A stretch of 64,000 nt of DNA from NCBI GenBank assembly GCA_951406725.2, contig OX597815.1, positions 182,962,001-183,026,000 of the forward strand, written 5' to 3'. The notes below the pieces were generated by a model, which was not told where the DNA came from, did not search any database, and saw only the letters and a program-made list of their open reading frames with translations. How positions within the stretch are numbered: position 1 is the first letter of the stretch; every line of letters starts with the position of its first letter. Origin of the DNA: Octopus vulgaris. Its lineage: Eukaryota. The translations under genes and the position numbers were made by a program. Shown piece after piece: positions 38,626 to 54,071 of the stretch.

Positions 38626-41600
38626 TTAGTGGCATAACCTCAGTAAAAGAGCTAATACGGACAGTTGAAGCCATATCGTAGAGTTGGACCATCCAGAGCT
38701 TTCTTCATACTTCAGACTTCGTAATCCATATCCCATACCAGCTAAACACTCTACTATCTCTTTCTATTGTACTTAATCAACCAAATACACAGCATGTAAA
38801 TATTCCGACAAAAGAAAATATTTAATTTGAATGCATGAATTATAAAACCCTATTCAAGCGCCTCTTTAGAAATTAAATAAAACAACTTTTAGAATTCAAT
38901 AGAAAAATCCTATGAGTTATAAATTAATTTATTTGTGAAAACTAGCAAACAAAAGAAACAGCTTACAGGGTTAATATTTTTGGTTATTTTCTTTTGTCTT
39001 TCTTATTTTTAAAGATGGAAAATTCATTGCAGTGAAATTCGTCAACTCATATTCTCCCAAACCGAAAGCAAATTAGTAAATTGCTGAATGCGATGTCATT
39101 TCTTGACTCGATATCGAAGGAATTTGTTTGCAGTTGGAAATATTCGAGTATGAAATATAAGCCTTTTTAATTACTATATTTATAAGATTTTGCAGTCGTA
39201 AAATTTAACAGTGAGGAAATATTAAAGCGAATTTTCAAACTATTTATAATGCCCAAAGTTTTACAACGAAGTATTCAAATCTCCGAAAGTTTCACATAAT
39301 AATAGCTTTCAAAAGTTACAATCAACCTAGCAAAATGTAGTGTCTCTATCCGCGCCCTCTGCTAGCGACAAATAATGCCTATTCGGTCATTAAGTAACAT
39401 CCTTATCCTTTAAAAACCATAAAGACACAGGATATCGAGATCTTTAAAACATTATACTTGTAAGGCGAAGCAATTATAGTTGAGAATCCTTTTAGTCTGG
39501 ACTATCCAGAAATAAAGCTCTATAGTTATTCACTTTCAGCCTTTATAATACACAAGGAGTTGGCAACACTGAATCTTAATCAGAAACGTAGCACCTAACG
39601 ATGATATATGAAACTTTATAGGCTTAAAATATATGAGTGTACTAACGGCCCCTGTGTTATAAGTAACGAAAAACGAGTCATTGTCTTTATGTCAATATTG
39701 ATCAAGAAATGCTGGGGAGACATCCCGCTCCAGATTTAAATAGAATAGAATAAACTCAAAATAGAATGTGGTGTGAAATGAATCTGCTGTTTGGCTGTAC
39801 GGTGACACCTACGGATATGTTTCGTAGGTGAAGCACAATGTAATGTTAATTATTTAGTTTGTTTTACTGACCACGATGAAGGTTATGCCGAAGAACTGGC
39901 TTCAATATCTTTTTGCACTGAACAATCTTATTGAATTGTATCATAGTGGGACACAGGTTTTAAGGCTTTACATTATTATTTCAACACCAATTGTTTGTCA
40001 GGTAACTATTTTATTGAATTGTTTCTTTAGAAAGGAATTTAAATCAGACCTTAGCGAAATAAAAATAATTAATCTCTCACTTAAGGAAGATTAACGCAAA
40101 AGCAATATGATAAATTAATCGATAAAATTATATTGTAATAGCTGCTGCCTTTATTGTTTAATCCAAGGTCAGCAGTGAGAATAAAGAAAAGATCTGGATT
40201 CTGTCACTGTGATGATGATGACATAGAAGAAAAAGATGATAATAATGCGATGACTAAATCAGTATATCAATGCTAGTGACATGATACCCTCATTGACTAA
40301 TATGAACGACATCAAAATTCTTTGCATATAAGATTTGGTTAAAAGGCGTTCTAGTATTGAAGACTCCATCCTTTTGTATAATCATTATAACATTGTTAAA
40401 TGCGTCTTTCCCTTTTTAAAACAGTAAGTTGCTATTTGAGGGCGATTTGTCAGCTACTTCACGTAGGTCAAGCAAACGTGTTATTTGTAACAATCCTATT
40501 TTTCGAAAAAATGTTACACAAAGGAATATGTAGTCTCTATGAAATATCTGACCGAAAGATGTCAAGGACTTATTTGATCAGAGGTGTGCTTAATCAAGGC
40601 CGAAAGCACCAACTCTAAGCATCACCAGCATCACCACGGATTAACATTATTGCCAATACTATCAACTCACAACACCATAGTAATTGTCGTTCTGATAGTC
40701 CTTTTAAACAAGTTAGTTACCTAAACGAAACACTGGTGGCTAAACACTTCTTATATCTAATTAACTATAGTGAAACATTAAATACTTCAGAAAAACTAAT
40801 ATGATTATTTATCAACATTTACCTAAATATCAGAGACAGAGAAATTGTTAATTGATGCAATGATTTTAAATGGAAGCTCGATTCCTGCTAATATGTCGCA
40901 AAATGAAACAGATCGCTTGTAAATACCTAAGGGAAATCTCTAAAAGAGAAACACAAATTTAGTACACAAATTCCTGTCGAAATCAAAACAGCTTCCACGA
41001 TGTGAAAATAAATAAGAATAAATGAAAAAGTGCAATGAAAACCATTCATATGCATGACAGATAGAGCAATGTAATGAGATAAAACAGAAAAGTAATTTAT
41101 ACTTACAGTCAATTAAGCCAGTTTGATCTAAAAAGAAGGATAGTTGTGTCGATAAAAATGTACAGAAAGGACACAATCTCTAAGGAATAAATTGGCACGT
41201 AATTTCGTTTTATTGATTATATACAATCTGGAAAGGTGGGGAAATAAAATCAAATTAATCTCCAAGAAGTTTCCACTATGTATGTATGTATGTATGTATG
41301 TATGTATGTATGTATGTATGTATGTATGTATGTATGTATGTATGTATGTATGTATGTATGTATATGTATGTATGTACACACAAACACACATTACGTATGT
41401 ATATATACACACATATATATATAGTACGCACATACACTTCAATTTTACTGGTTTAGCAAGTTACTTGATCTGAGACTGTGTGTCGAAACTGAAACATTAT
41501 ATCGTGGAAGAGTTATTTTAACCATTTAAGAAGAACACAGAAGAAAGTGTGTTTTTAAAAAGCTAAACTGTTTTTGTGTGTTTTGAAACGCTTAAAATGA

Positions 41601-41898
41601 TTCATCCACGACGTAATTGCGTGTGTGTGTGTATGTGTGTATGTGGGTCTGTGTGGTTTGTGGTTATGTGTGTATATAAAATTTTCATGTCTTTCATCTT
41701 TCATTCACTTTCCTCGAGACGCATACTAAACCATTCTTGACACTCTTTCTTGTTTGAATGAAGTCTAAATCGAGGAACTGGTATTAGTGGTAAAGTGAAT
41801 TACCATATTACGCGAATATATACATATATACGTACAAACATATATATATATACACGTACATATATACATACATACATGCTTACATACATATATGCAGT

Positions 41899-41930
<32 letters not shown>

Positions 41931-42169
41931 GCAATCAAAGAATGAAGAATTATATTGTTACTTAACTTTATTCACTTACGAACGCTTGGAATAGATTGAG
42001 AAACTGTTTCCACATCATGTATGCACAACCAATGAATCAGCTAATTGACTTATTATTCAATTAATCAATTAAGACACCAGTTAGCCCCCCCCCCACTCCG
42101 TTCATTTTAGACCTTAAAAGTCTATTTTTTCACTATCTATAACAAACAAAACATGGAAGTTATCAAATT

Positions 42170-42395
42170 CTATCTATCTATCCGTTCAGTCGAAGTCGAC
42201 TCTCGGTTACTCGATGGATCAGTGTTCTCCAGCCAGTTCTATTCTGGGTCGCTTCTTTCAGATTGGCTATGGCCATTCCCGTGTCACTCTTGATGGTGTC
42301 AAGCCAGCGGGTTCTTGGTCAGCCTCTTCCTCTCTGGCCACTGACCAAACTACCCTTTGTTATATGCTCGCCAAATTCACAGTTTTAGCAGGTTA
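42170..42395 (-). mobile_element. RTE-clade LINE 3' end
   Basis: GQRGRG*PRTRWLDTIKSDTG..NRTGWRTLIHRVTESRLRLNG* followed by an (ATAG)n tail. Confidence 0.85.
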
Positions 42396-42427
42396 AGATG
42401 TCATCAAATTTTGCAATTTTCTAATTT

Positions 42428-42654
42428 CTTTTACTCTTTTACCCTTTTACGTGTTTCAGTTATTTGGCTGCGGCCATGCTGGAGTACCGCCTTCAGTCGA
42501 ACTAACCGACTCTATGACCTATTCTTTGTAAACCTAGTACTTACTCTATCAGGCTCTTTTCTCGAACCGCTAAATTTACGGGGACGTAAACACACCAACA
42601 TCGATAATCAAGCGATGGTGGGGGACAAACACAGAAAAACACACACACACAGAA

Positions 42655-42685
<31 letters not shown>

Positions 42686-42880
42686 CAGACACGCACACAC
42701 ACACACACACGCATATACGACGGGCGTCTTTCAGTTTCCGCCTACCAAATCCACTCACAAAGCTTTGGCCGGCGCGAGGCTGTAGTAGAAGACACTAGCC
42801 CAAGGTGAAACGCAGTGGGACTGAACCCGGAACCATGTGGTTGATAAGCAATCTACTTACCACACAGCCACTCTTGTGCG
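42428..42880 (-). mobile_element. SINE family B
   Basis: Homologous to 23357-23806. Confidence 0.9.
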
Positions 42881-43197
42881 TATATAATTTTTGAGTCAAT
42901 CTTTATATTACTAAATGGAGAAGATTACGAAACGGCTGTAATCACATATCATTTTGAAATAATAAATCTGTATTCATCTCTCACACCTCCTGGTTTTATG
43001 TTTATGTGTGTGTACACATACACACATATTTGTGTGCGCGTGTGTGAGGGGGTTGCGTGCGCGTGCATGTGTATTATCACTAAGGAAGTGCTACATGAGA
43101 CTGAAGAAGTGGAACCGAACCGTAAAATTGGCTGAATTGTATTTCTATTCCCCACGTACATCTTAGACGTCCTATTACGATCTCTCCTCCTCCTCCT

Positions 43198-43865
43198 AGG
43201 TATTTCGTTTGTTTTCACGTTCTGAGTTCAAATTCCGCCGAGGTCGACTTTGCCTTTCATCATTTCGGAGTCGATTAAATAAGTACCAGTTACGCACTGG
43301 GGTCGATATAATCGACTTAACCTGTTTGTCTGTCCTTGTTTGTTCCCTCTATGTTTAGCCTCTCGTGGGCAATAAAGAAATAAGAAACGTTGGCATCCGG
43401 GCGAAATGCTTAGCGGTATTTCGTCAGTCTTAGCGGTATTTCGTCAGTTAAGGCGGTGAGCTGCTATTACGATCGTCCTATTACGATCTCTCCTCCTCCT
43501 CCTCCTCCTCCTCCTAGGTATTTCGTCTGCGTTACGTTCTGAGTTCAAATTCCGTCGAGGTCGACTTTGCCTTTCATCCTTTCGGGGTCGATAAACTAAG
43601 TACCAGTTACGCACTGGGGTCGATGTAATCGACTTAATACCTATGTCTGTCCTTGTTTGTTCCCTCTGTGTTTAGCCCCTTGTGGGTAATAAAGAAATAG
43701 GTATTTCGTCAGTCTTTATGTTCTGAGTTCAAAAATTCGCCGAGGTTGACTTTGCCTTTTGTCCTTTCGGGGTCGATAAATTAAGTGTCAACTTCGTACT
43801 AGGGTCCATCTAATCGACTGGCCCCCTCCCAACAAAATTTCGGGCTTTGTGCCTAGAGTAGAAAA
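43198..43865 (+). mobile_element. nested SINE A array with (CCT)n-tailed inserts
   Basis: Three cores plus partial heads. Confidence 0.88.
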
Positions 43866-44092
43866 GAATGATGGTGATGATGGACTGATAATATTCATGA
43901 TATTGATAATGTTGACATGATCGATGATTAAGCAGCGGGTGATGGTAACAGAAATGGTGTTAGTCGTGAGATTTGGGAAGGCATTTGCTAAAGGTATTCT
44001 AGCTATGGCAATCTCGCTTTCCAATCTATTAGTCACTTTCGAAGTCATTAAGATATAATTCGAAAGAAATTATTTTGCTCATGCAGCACTGA

Positions 44093-44526
44093 CTCTTGTC
44101 AGTCAATAGATGTGTTTTGCCCGTGCCTAAGAGCTGTTTTGACTCTTATTTCTAGCAATCCTGGTGCTGACTTCCAGCCTTAGTCGCTTTAATGACGATT
44201 TTGTGCTTTTTGGTTGTAAATCGCGAATAGCCACCTTAATAATTTATAATTTTCACTTTACCAATTTATTGAATCAGCCACTGGTTCCCATCGTATTTCT
44301 TATAAACTGCCAAGGCGAGTTCAGCTTAACCCTAGGCAGTGGAGTAGGTGTCTCTGGTGAAGATTAATTCAATCCGAAATCATCGATGCTCTGACTCTCT
44401 CGTTTTATGTAGGGAGGTTGCTAAGAGTTATTTTGACTCTTATTTCTAGCAGTGCTGAATTGACTTTAGTGACAATTGTACTTGTACCTTTTGATTGTAA
44501 ATTGCCTACTAGCCACCTTAATAATG

Positions 44527-44576
<50 letters not shown>

Positions 44577-47500
44577 CATCCACTCATGAATTTATTTATT
44601 TATTTATTTATTTTCTAAATGCATATTTTACCTGCGAATTTGCGTGTGTAATCTGAGAATGCAAAGAATGAGCTTCTCTGCCCTGGGTGTACGGAAAACA
44701 CCCGGCGAGAAACGGAAAAAAAATTTGAAGAAAGAAGGAATAATAATAATAATAATAATAATAACAATAATAATACATTTATAGTCGTGTGTGGTTAGAA
44801 GTTAGCTTCCCAACTACATAGCTGAAGATGTAATTTCACTTCTTGTAAGTTTTTAAACACCTGAAGAAAAGCAAGGGCATACATTCAGCCATGGTTATGA
44901 GCCAGTATATTTTCGATATTAGGTGTTCTTTTTACATATTTTCCAGTAATGATAGCAAGAAAATGTCATTTGTCCTCATGGTTCTTGAAAATAAATATCC
45001 ACTTGAGTTTATTGTTTCTGGTTCTTATGTTTTACCCCCACAACACCTCCATCTCTATCAATCTCATTGTGTTTTAAATTAGATTCTTCCGAAGTTTGCA
45101 GAACCTACACTTGATGCTGTGTACAAAAGGAAATTAATCAGGATTTCTTGTTTCTTACTGAGATATCGTATACTTGTTTTATATGTCAAGATTGACTTGG
45201 CCTTTTCATATCTGCTTAGTTGGCAAAATAAACAGGTGTGCGTTGATGAAGAATCTGTAACAATTTAAGTAATTTCGAGAAAGTCTATATTGGATAACAT
45301 GCATTCTCATTATTAGTTCTTCTGCTATTAGTGATACTGTTTAGTTTGTTATACTTCAACCAAAGTATATTTAGCTTCACTAACCCTGGATCTGAACTCA
45401 CGCCTGCAGCCTAACTTTTCACACCGTTATCCTTTCACACTTAATCAATGTTTATATTCGCAATCCTATTAACCAGCACGACAACTATGGAGTGGAAATT
45501 AGGGAATTGAAACCTAACTTTGCTTACGTGGTTTTCATATCCTTTCATTATTAAAGGCTCTCACATAGTCTTCATTTCTAAGCTTGGCTTACGGAAGTTA
45601 TGGAAGCCCAGCATATGCGAACATTCTTTCGGTCATCTTACCTTCTTATGTCGCTTCCTATCTATTATTTTGACTGAGTTTCATAAGGGTTGTTGAGCTC
45701 ACTTTACCTTCCATATGTGACCGGCCGTACCGGATTCATTTTCTCTCTCCCCACAGATTACAGTTGTAAAAAGTTCTGTTCTTACATTCAGACAGCAGCT
45801 ACTTTCACCTTTATATTCACTATTACGATTGCAGGGGACGGAATACTTCTCATAGTCTTTATTTAGGAAAGATGTCTCACTCAGAAGATGTCTCTTCTGA
45901 ATACACGTCTGATGTTGCATGGATGGAAGATTTGAATTTTTTCCGACATGCAGTGTGTAGATACAGATACATCATACAAAATTTCAAATTTCTATGCATC
46001 ACATACACACACACACATCATAAATATATGTAGTTGAAATTTATTTTCTAATGTTATTACTTGTGGAAAGAATAAAGAGTAGCTTCCAGCTGTACACGTG
46101 TTATCAGGCTGAGTGAAAAGTAAGCAACGATTTGAAAAGTGAAATCCAACACAATATATTTCAACAATACGGAAATTTTATTCATCAAAGTAAGTACCAT
46201 TACAATCAACACATTTTTGCCAATGAGTTACAAGTTTGTTTATTCCGGTAACTTAAAAATTTGGAGCTCTGGAGCTGATGAACTCCTTGAACGCACTTTC
46301 AGCATCGGTTTGATTTTTGAACTCTTTCTCTTGCAGGAAACCATCAAGGTGCTTCAAAAATAATTGACGGTAGGAGAAAGGTCTGGGGAATATGCTGGGT
46401 GGGGAAGAACTTCGTAGCGAAGTTCCTTCAACTTCTGAAGCGTCATTAGTGAAGCGTCTGGTCGAGTATTGTCATGAAGAATGATTGGCCTTCTTCTGTT
46501 GAACAGTCTGGGACGGAGGAGTAGTGGTTGTTCGTTCATTTTGGCAATTTCATGGCAATACGTTTCTGCAGTAATGGTTTTTCCGGGTTTTAAGAAGTTG
46601 TAGTGGATGAGTCCGACAGTACACCACCAAACAGTCACCATAACCTTCTTTTTGAAGAGCTCGGGTTTGGGAAAGGTTTTTGGTGCTTCATTTTGACCCA
46701 ATCACTGCGAAGAACTTCTTTTTATTATTATTGTACAGAATCCACTTTTCATCGCAAATTACAATACGAGAAATGGATCGGTCTGGTTACGGAGAAGAAG
46801 CGACAAGCAAATTTCATATCTGCGCATTTTCTGATTTTCATTCAAATCGTGTGGTACCCAATTGTCGAGCTTTTTTGATTTTCCGATCGCATGCAAATGG
46901 TTGCAAGCACTTTTCTGGCCAACGTGAAGTTCTTTTGCCAGTTCTTGGATGGTTTTACGTGGATCTTTCTTAATGAGGGTCTTTAATTGACCGTCATCGA
47001 TGATAGATGGGCGTCCACTACGCTCATGATCTTCAAGGATCAGGTCTCCACTGCGAAATCGTTTAAACCATTTTCGAGCTGACCACTCACTGGTCATTTC
47101 CTCATCAAACATTTCGTTGATATCGCGAGCAGTTTCAGCTACATTACGCCCTGTTTTGAAGTTGAAAAGCAAAATTGCTCGAATATCGCCCTTTGACATT
47201 TCCATTTCAGATTATTGTAACAACGGTGAAAAAAAAATATCAATGTTTATTTATTGCTACATTTGGGCAAGTCTATGTCAGTATTATCAAACAACTACAA
47301 AAAAAATGTTTAAAAAAATCCAAAACTCTGCAAAACTCCGGTACAAATACTAAGCATTTCGCCCGGCGTGCTAACGTTTCTGCCAGCTCACCGCCTTATC
47401 AATATCAATAGATATTCTGAAAAGCAATGTTTATAAACACAAAAACGTATGTTACAAGGTGAATGATAAATAAAAATGGAAAATGGAATGAAGTTTCTGA

Positions 47501-50029
47501 GCTCCACCTCTGAGTTACTTCATTTATACCTTTTAGTCACTTTTTATATTTCGTACCTGCCAGTATATCGAACTTGTACTCCTCCAACAACCACGCGTAT
47601 GTCAATTGCCATGGTAGTTTGTCTATCTCAAATTTTGTATCTGCTTTTAAACTTTATAATTTTTTTCTTTTTGTTCTTCGTTCAATAAGAGAGCGCAATG
47701 CTATCCTTGAACGTTACCATATTTATTCGTTTCAATTGCTCTGATATATTTCCATGTTTTTATCTCCACCATAGTAGCCAATTTGTCTGTTTTTTTATGA
47801 TTACTCATTTTATAGTAACTGCATTGACATCCTACAAGCCGTTGAACTCATCCAGCGACGTCTTTCCCACTGAACGAAATGTACAGTTCAGCCTATAACA
47901 TATTATGTGATAACCGTTACTTATCAGTTAAGGCAGTGCTGTGCGATCGATGTCAAATACAATCAATGGATTAACTGTGAAAGAGAAGTGAGACGTTCCG
48001 GCACCATTACCTTCCAAAAGCATCTATATGCTCGATTCATTAATATGGAACTCTTTCAAATTTGAATCTAAATTTGGCGATTTAACGTAAAGCGAGTTAG
48101 AATAGCGGCTCCTATTCTATGGTCGATGTACATCTAGCGAGACAAACTTATATCTGCAAAACAAATTAGAATAAAAACATTTCATTTTAAAACTACATTG
48201 CATGACATCAGAAATAACGCTGCTTCCCTATCAAGAGATATTCTTTTCTACTCTAAGTACAAGGCCCGAAATTAAGTACGCAACTGGTACTTAATTTATC
48301 GACCCCGAAAGGATGGAAGGCTAAGTCGACCTCGGCGGAATTTGAGCTCAGAACGTAAAGACAACGAAATACCGCTAAGCATTTCGCCCGGCGTGCTAAC
48401 GTATCTGCCAGCTCGCCGCCTTAAAGAATGAAAGGCAAAGTCGACCTCGGCGGAATTTGAACTCAGAATGTAATGGCAGACGAAATACCTATTTCTTTAC
48501 TACCCACAAGGGGCTAAACACAGAGAGAACAAACAAGGACAGACAAACGGATTAAGTCGATTATATCGACCCCAGTGCGTAACTGGTACTTATTTAATTG
48601 ACCCCGAAAGGATGAAAGGCAAAGTCGACCAAGGCGGAATTTGAACTCAGAATGTAATGGCAGACGAAATACCTATTTCTTTACTACCCACAAGGGACTA
48701 AACACAGAGAGGACAAACAAGGACAGACAAGCGGATTAAGTCGATTATATCGACACCAGTGCGTAACTTGTACTTAATTTATCGACTCCGAAAGGATGAA
48801 AGGCAAAATCGACCTCGTCGGAATTTGAACTCAGAACGTAGCGGCAGACGAAATACCGCTATGCGTTTCGCCCGGCGTGCTACCGTTTCCGCCAGCTCGC
48901 CGCCTTCTATCAATAGATATTCTGAAAAGTAATGTAGATGATACGATTAAGATTTTCGCACCTTAATACTTCTAACCACCCATATTTGTTATATCTTAGT
49001 ATTTTACTCCAACAACGATTCTGAATGGTTCATACAAAACGCCTTTCAGTTCTGGACTGGTTCCTTCAACTTCTGTAGCCAATAAATCAGCTTTTGGGGG
49101 AAAACTTTAGATTACATATCGGTCGTGACACGGCTGATAATGTAATGTGTGCATTGCACCGATACTAAAGTGGCAGCAATAAGATTAGCTAAAACGACTT
49201 CCCTTGTCTTTAGCCCTCGGTTTAATTATCCATATCACACCATGACATGTGTGAGTTGCAGTCAAAATCAAACGTAAACCTACCGTAAAATGAGATTTCT
49301 TAGTTTACCTTTGGACTTAGCTCTCTTTTATTTTAATATCACTCCTTCTTTGATGATATAACACCTCTTTTTGGCCCTGTACTCACCTTCTTTTTACCTT
49401 TTATCATTTTTTGGGGGAGGGGGTTGAGGAAGGGTTTCTTTATATTCTTTTGTTCAGCATAAATACTATAATAGACTATAATTTCGGATAATAAAATACT
49501 TCAAATGTTCCGGTACATATGTGTTGGTATGTATGTATGTATGTATGTGTCCTTCCGCTTATGTATACATATGTGTGCGTATAGATATGCGAGGCGGGTA
49601 TATGATTGTCCATCCGTATATGCATACATATGTATGTGTATATATGTTTGCGCACGTGTTTGTGTATCACCATCCGTGTATGTTTGTATACATGTGTGTG
49701 TGTGCGCGCGCGCATGCGTATATTATACCTACCATGGAACCTATAGCGACGTGTATCAGCGTCCCATCTATGATTATGGCAGCATTTAAACAATTAAGTA
49801 ACCCAAACTGTTAGCTTACATGTGACTCACCTTTGGATATGCCTATATTTACTAAATTCCTATGCAATTATAAACACACACACAGACACATACACACACA
49901 TATATATATATATATATGTTTTTAAGTACGTAGGTACCTACAAATTGAATATAGTGAGACATCCCATACGCGCACACATATTAGATATATGCATACATAC
50001 TTATACATACATATATATATATATGTATG

Positions 50030-50080
<51 letters not shown>

Positions 50081-50181
50081 GTATATATATATATATGTAT
50101 ATATATATGTATATATATGTATATATATGTATATATATATATATGTATATATATATGTATATATATGTATATATATATGTG

Positions 50182-50226
<45 letters not shown>

Positions 50227-50368
50227 ACATGTATATATATATATATATATGTATACATGTATATATATATATATATATGTATACATGTATATATATATAT
50301 ATATATATGTATACATGTATATATATATATATATATGTATACATGTATATATATATATATATATATGT

Positions 50369-50408
<40 letters not shown>

Positions 50409-50589
50409 ACATGTATATATATATATATACATATATATATGCATATATGTATGTATGTGTATATGTGTGCGTGTATATATATATATATATATATGCATAT
50501 ATGTATGTATGTGTATATGTGTGTGTGTATGTATATATATATATATATGTGTGTGTGTGTATGTATGCATGTATACATATGTACACATA

Positions 50590-50642
<53 letters not shown>

Positions 50643-50674
50643 ATGTATGCATGTATACATATGTACACATATGC

Positions 50675-50708
<34 letters not shown>

Positions 50709-50737
50709 ATGTATGCATGTATACATATGTACACATA

Positions 50738-50773
<36 letters not shown>

Positions 50774-50906
50774 TATGTGTATTTATAGTCTTTTATTTGC
50801 TCGACCTCTTTCACACAAAATCTATACTTTTTAATGTTAAAAAAATTAATAACATAAAAGAACGCATAGAATCAAGCATTATACACCTTGTTCTATGCAG
50901 CACTGA
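44093..50906 (-). repeat. right arm of the inverted segmental duplication
   Basis: Reverse complement of 27861-35277; ATGCAGCACTGA at 44081-44092 and 50895-50906. Confidence 0.97.
46104..47347 (-). mobile_element. mariner transposon (duplicate of 32040-33281)
   Basis: WVPHDL and HPAYSPDLSP motifs read in frame here; TIR TA-TCAGGCTGAGTG. Confidence 0.93.
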
Positions 50907-51309
50907 ACACTGCTTAACAGTGAGTAGTTACCAGTGTAATATAAAATTACTGAAAGATAATCAATTGGATCACGTGCTCCTATAAGAATTCTATGAGAAT
51001 AGAATAATGCAATCAGAAGAAGAAAATGAGATAAGCGTATCAAACAAAAAGCCATACGCCATTATACTCAATTTTTCTGGTTCTTTGTCTGCAACAAATT
51101 GAAAAAGGAAAAAAAAAAATATGCTTACGTTTGATTTATTTACTTAGTATTTAGTTCTAGCTTTTGTTATTTTTTTTTTTTATTATTTTTATCTCTAAAA
51201 ACTGACGTCGTATTTCGGCTTTTCGTGTAGAACCTTTCATACTTGCTTTTAATTCGAGAAAGAAAGAAATGGTATAGAGCGACGAATATATTTAATAACT
51301 GCTGAAAAT

Positions 51310-51407
51310 TATATATATGTATATATACATTTATATACATATATATATACATTTATATACATATATATATACATATATATATACATATATATATACATAT
51401 ATATACA

Positions 51408-51445
<38 letters not shown>

Positions 51446-51746
51446 CATATATATACATATATATACATATATATACATATATATATACATATATATATAC
51501 ATATATATATATACATATATATACATATATATATATGCATATATATATGCATATATATATATATGCATATATATATATGCATATATATATGTATATATAT
51601 ACATATATATGTATATATATATGTATATATATGTATATATATACATATATATGTATATACATATATATGTATATACATATATATGTATATATGTATATAC
51701 ATATATATGTATATATGTATATACATATATATGTATATATATATAC

Positions 51747-51777
<31 letters not shown>

Positions 51778-52029
51778 TATTTGTATCTATATATATATTT
51801 GTATCTATATATATATATGTATGTATGTATATATATATTTATATGTATATATATATGTATATGTATATATATGTATATATATGTATATGTATATATATGT
51901 ATATGTATATATGTATATGTATATATATGTATATATATGTATATATATGTATATGTATATATATGTATATGTATATATATGTATATGTATATATATGTAT
52001 ATATATATATGTATATGTATACATATACG

Positions 52030-52075
<46 letters not shown>
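51310..52075. repeat. (TA)n-derived compound microsatellite, switching from TACA to TATG polarity
   Basis: Direct inspection. Confidence 0.95.
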
Positions 52076-52076
<1 letters not shown>

Positions 52077-52554
52077 TATGATCTACTGTTCTGAACAAAG
52101 ATAAATTGTTAAACTACCTTCACTATTTTCATGTTCCCCATTTCTTTACCTTTCTTTTTTTACATTTATATTTGTTATAAGATTATCATATTTTTTTTAA
52201 TCTTTGCTTTACTGTTAAAATATTACGGCTTTAGGTTCTTTCTCCTTTCTCATAAAAGCACAAATGAAAGAAAGAAGGAATAAATTTAACGGTAACATAC
52301 GAATTTCCCATTAATTGTGAATAAAAGCGTTACATGGCGTATGCATTCTTTTCAATCATCGGAATAAGTAAAACCGTTTGGTGCTGCATGACTGACTCAT
52401 TAATCCATTTTTTTATCAATATTCTCGGGAGTTTATTACACAATATATACTTCCTTCGAATCAATATAATGTAACATCAGTTTTATTCGGAATACGATCC
52501 GAAATTTATCTTAAGGTTATTTGTTTATTATGTTCCATGAAATGCTTTCTTATA

Positions 52555-53070
52555 TTGGTTTCAAATTTTGCCACAAGGCCAGAAATTTTTAGGGGAGGGC
52601 GTAAATCGATTATACTCACCCAAGTGCTCAACTGGTACTTATTTTATCGATTCCCAAAAGGATGAGAAGCAAAGTTAACCGAGACGGAATTTGAACTCAG
52701 AACGTAAGGACAGGTGAAATGTCGTGAAGCATTTTGTCTGGTGTTTTAATGTGTCTGCCACTTCGCCGCCTTAGTCCAAAATAAATATTCGTTTCTACTC
52801 TAGGCAAAAGGCATGAAATTTTGTGGGTGGGGCCAGTCGATAAGATCGACTCCAGCACGCAACTGGTACTTAATTTATCGACCCCGAAAGGATGAAAGGC
52901 AAAGTCAACCTCGGTGGAGTCCAAAATAAATATTCGTTTCTACTTTAGGCACAAAGCCCGAAATTTTGGGGGTGGGAGCCAGTCGATAAGATCGACCCCA
53001 GCACGCAACTGGTATTTAATTTATCGACCCCGAAAGGATGAAAGGTAAAGTCAACTTCGGCGGAATCCAA
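52555..53070 (-). mobile_element. SINE A older-subfamily copies with a ~145-bp local tandem duplication
   Basis: TCCAAAATAAATATT recurs at about 52776, 52920 and 53066, with cores between. Confidence 0.85.
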
Positions 53071-53229
53071 AATAAATATTACAAGCAATAGCAAGCCAAA
53101 TGAAGTGACACCGGAAATAATATACCTGAGATACTGAAAAACAGAAAACTTGAAGAAACGAAGTAGAAGTGAAAAGAAATAATTTTAAAGACACTAAATT
53201 TATGAAACATTATTATCAAAACCAGAAGA

Positions 53230-53460
53230 AATATTAAAAGGATATGTATAGTTTACTTTAATATATAGAGTAAAAACAAGGACATAAAAGAATTATGAAT
53301 TAGATTAGAAGCTTTTGAAATGTGATCGTATGGAAGACTTTTGAGAATATTATGGACAAAATACAAATTATTTATAAATTTCTAATGGCAAAAATAAATA
53401 AATAACTGAAAAGAAATTATTAGATACCACAAAAAAATTGTTTTGGATATTTAATTAAAA
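53230..53460 (+). mobile_element. decayed RTE LINE fragment
   Basis: RLEAFEM*SYGRLLRILWT motif. Confidence 0.65.
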
Positions 53461-53568
53461 TGATAGCAGTAGCAATATTAATTGAACCAAGCATATCAAT
53501 AAGACTATCAGCTCCGGCAATACCGTCTATCTTGCTAAGAACAAGATGACGATAACCACCTACACATA

Positions 53569-54048
53569 CGAGGTCTGGTCGAAAAGTGTTGAGACTGTTG
53601 CTATGGTAACGAAGCTAAAGTACGCAGAATGAAGTCATGTTGCGCATTCACAGAACCTTATAGCGTTCTCATTCACTTCATTTGTTTGAGGTCGTCTCAA
53701 GAGGATAGGGTTTCGGTTGCAGAGGATCCCTTTGATTGTGTCGAGGAAGACGAAGAATTTTTTAAAATGGTCATAACAGGTGACCCTGAAACCAAGGCTC
53801 AGTCTTAGCAGTAGAAGAGACAAGACACCAAGATTTCAAGACATCGAAGAAATTCAAGAGAATGTGACGAGGCAGCTGCTCTGGCTATCCTCCAAAAGTT
53901 CCAGGAATACTTCTAACAATGGAAAAAACGCTGAGTAAATTGTACAGCTTCAGAAGGGGACCACTTCGAAGGAGATTAAATGCCGAATCGTTATGTGTTT
54001 AGTTTTCTTTTTAGAGCACAAATCCCGATACTGTTTAATCACGCCTTG
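53569..54048 (+). mobile_element. internally deleted mariner (non-autonomous)
   Basis: TA-CGAGGTCTGGTCGAAAAGT start and ACTGTTTAATCACGCCTTG-TA end; remnants RFQDIEEIQENVTRQL and CTASEGDHFEGD*. Confidence 0.85.
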
Positions 54049-54071
54049 TATTCAGAAGCTAAATGGACATA

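Noticed and set aside
39806-39832. Hairpin CACCTACGGA-TATGT-TTCGTAGGTG
   Set aside because: Too short for a pre-miRNA, with no supporting context.
43098-43130. CTGAAGA-AGTGGAACC-GAACCGTA
   Set aside because: GAAA box incomplete and no helix I.
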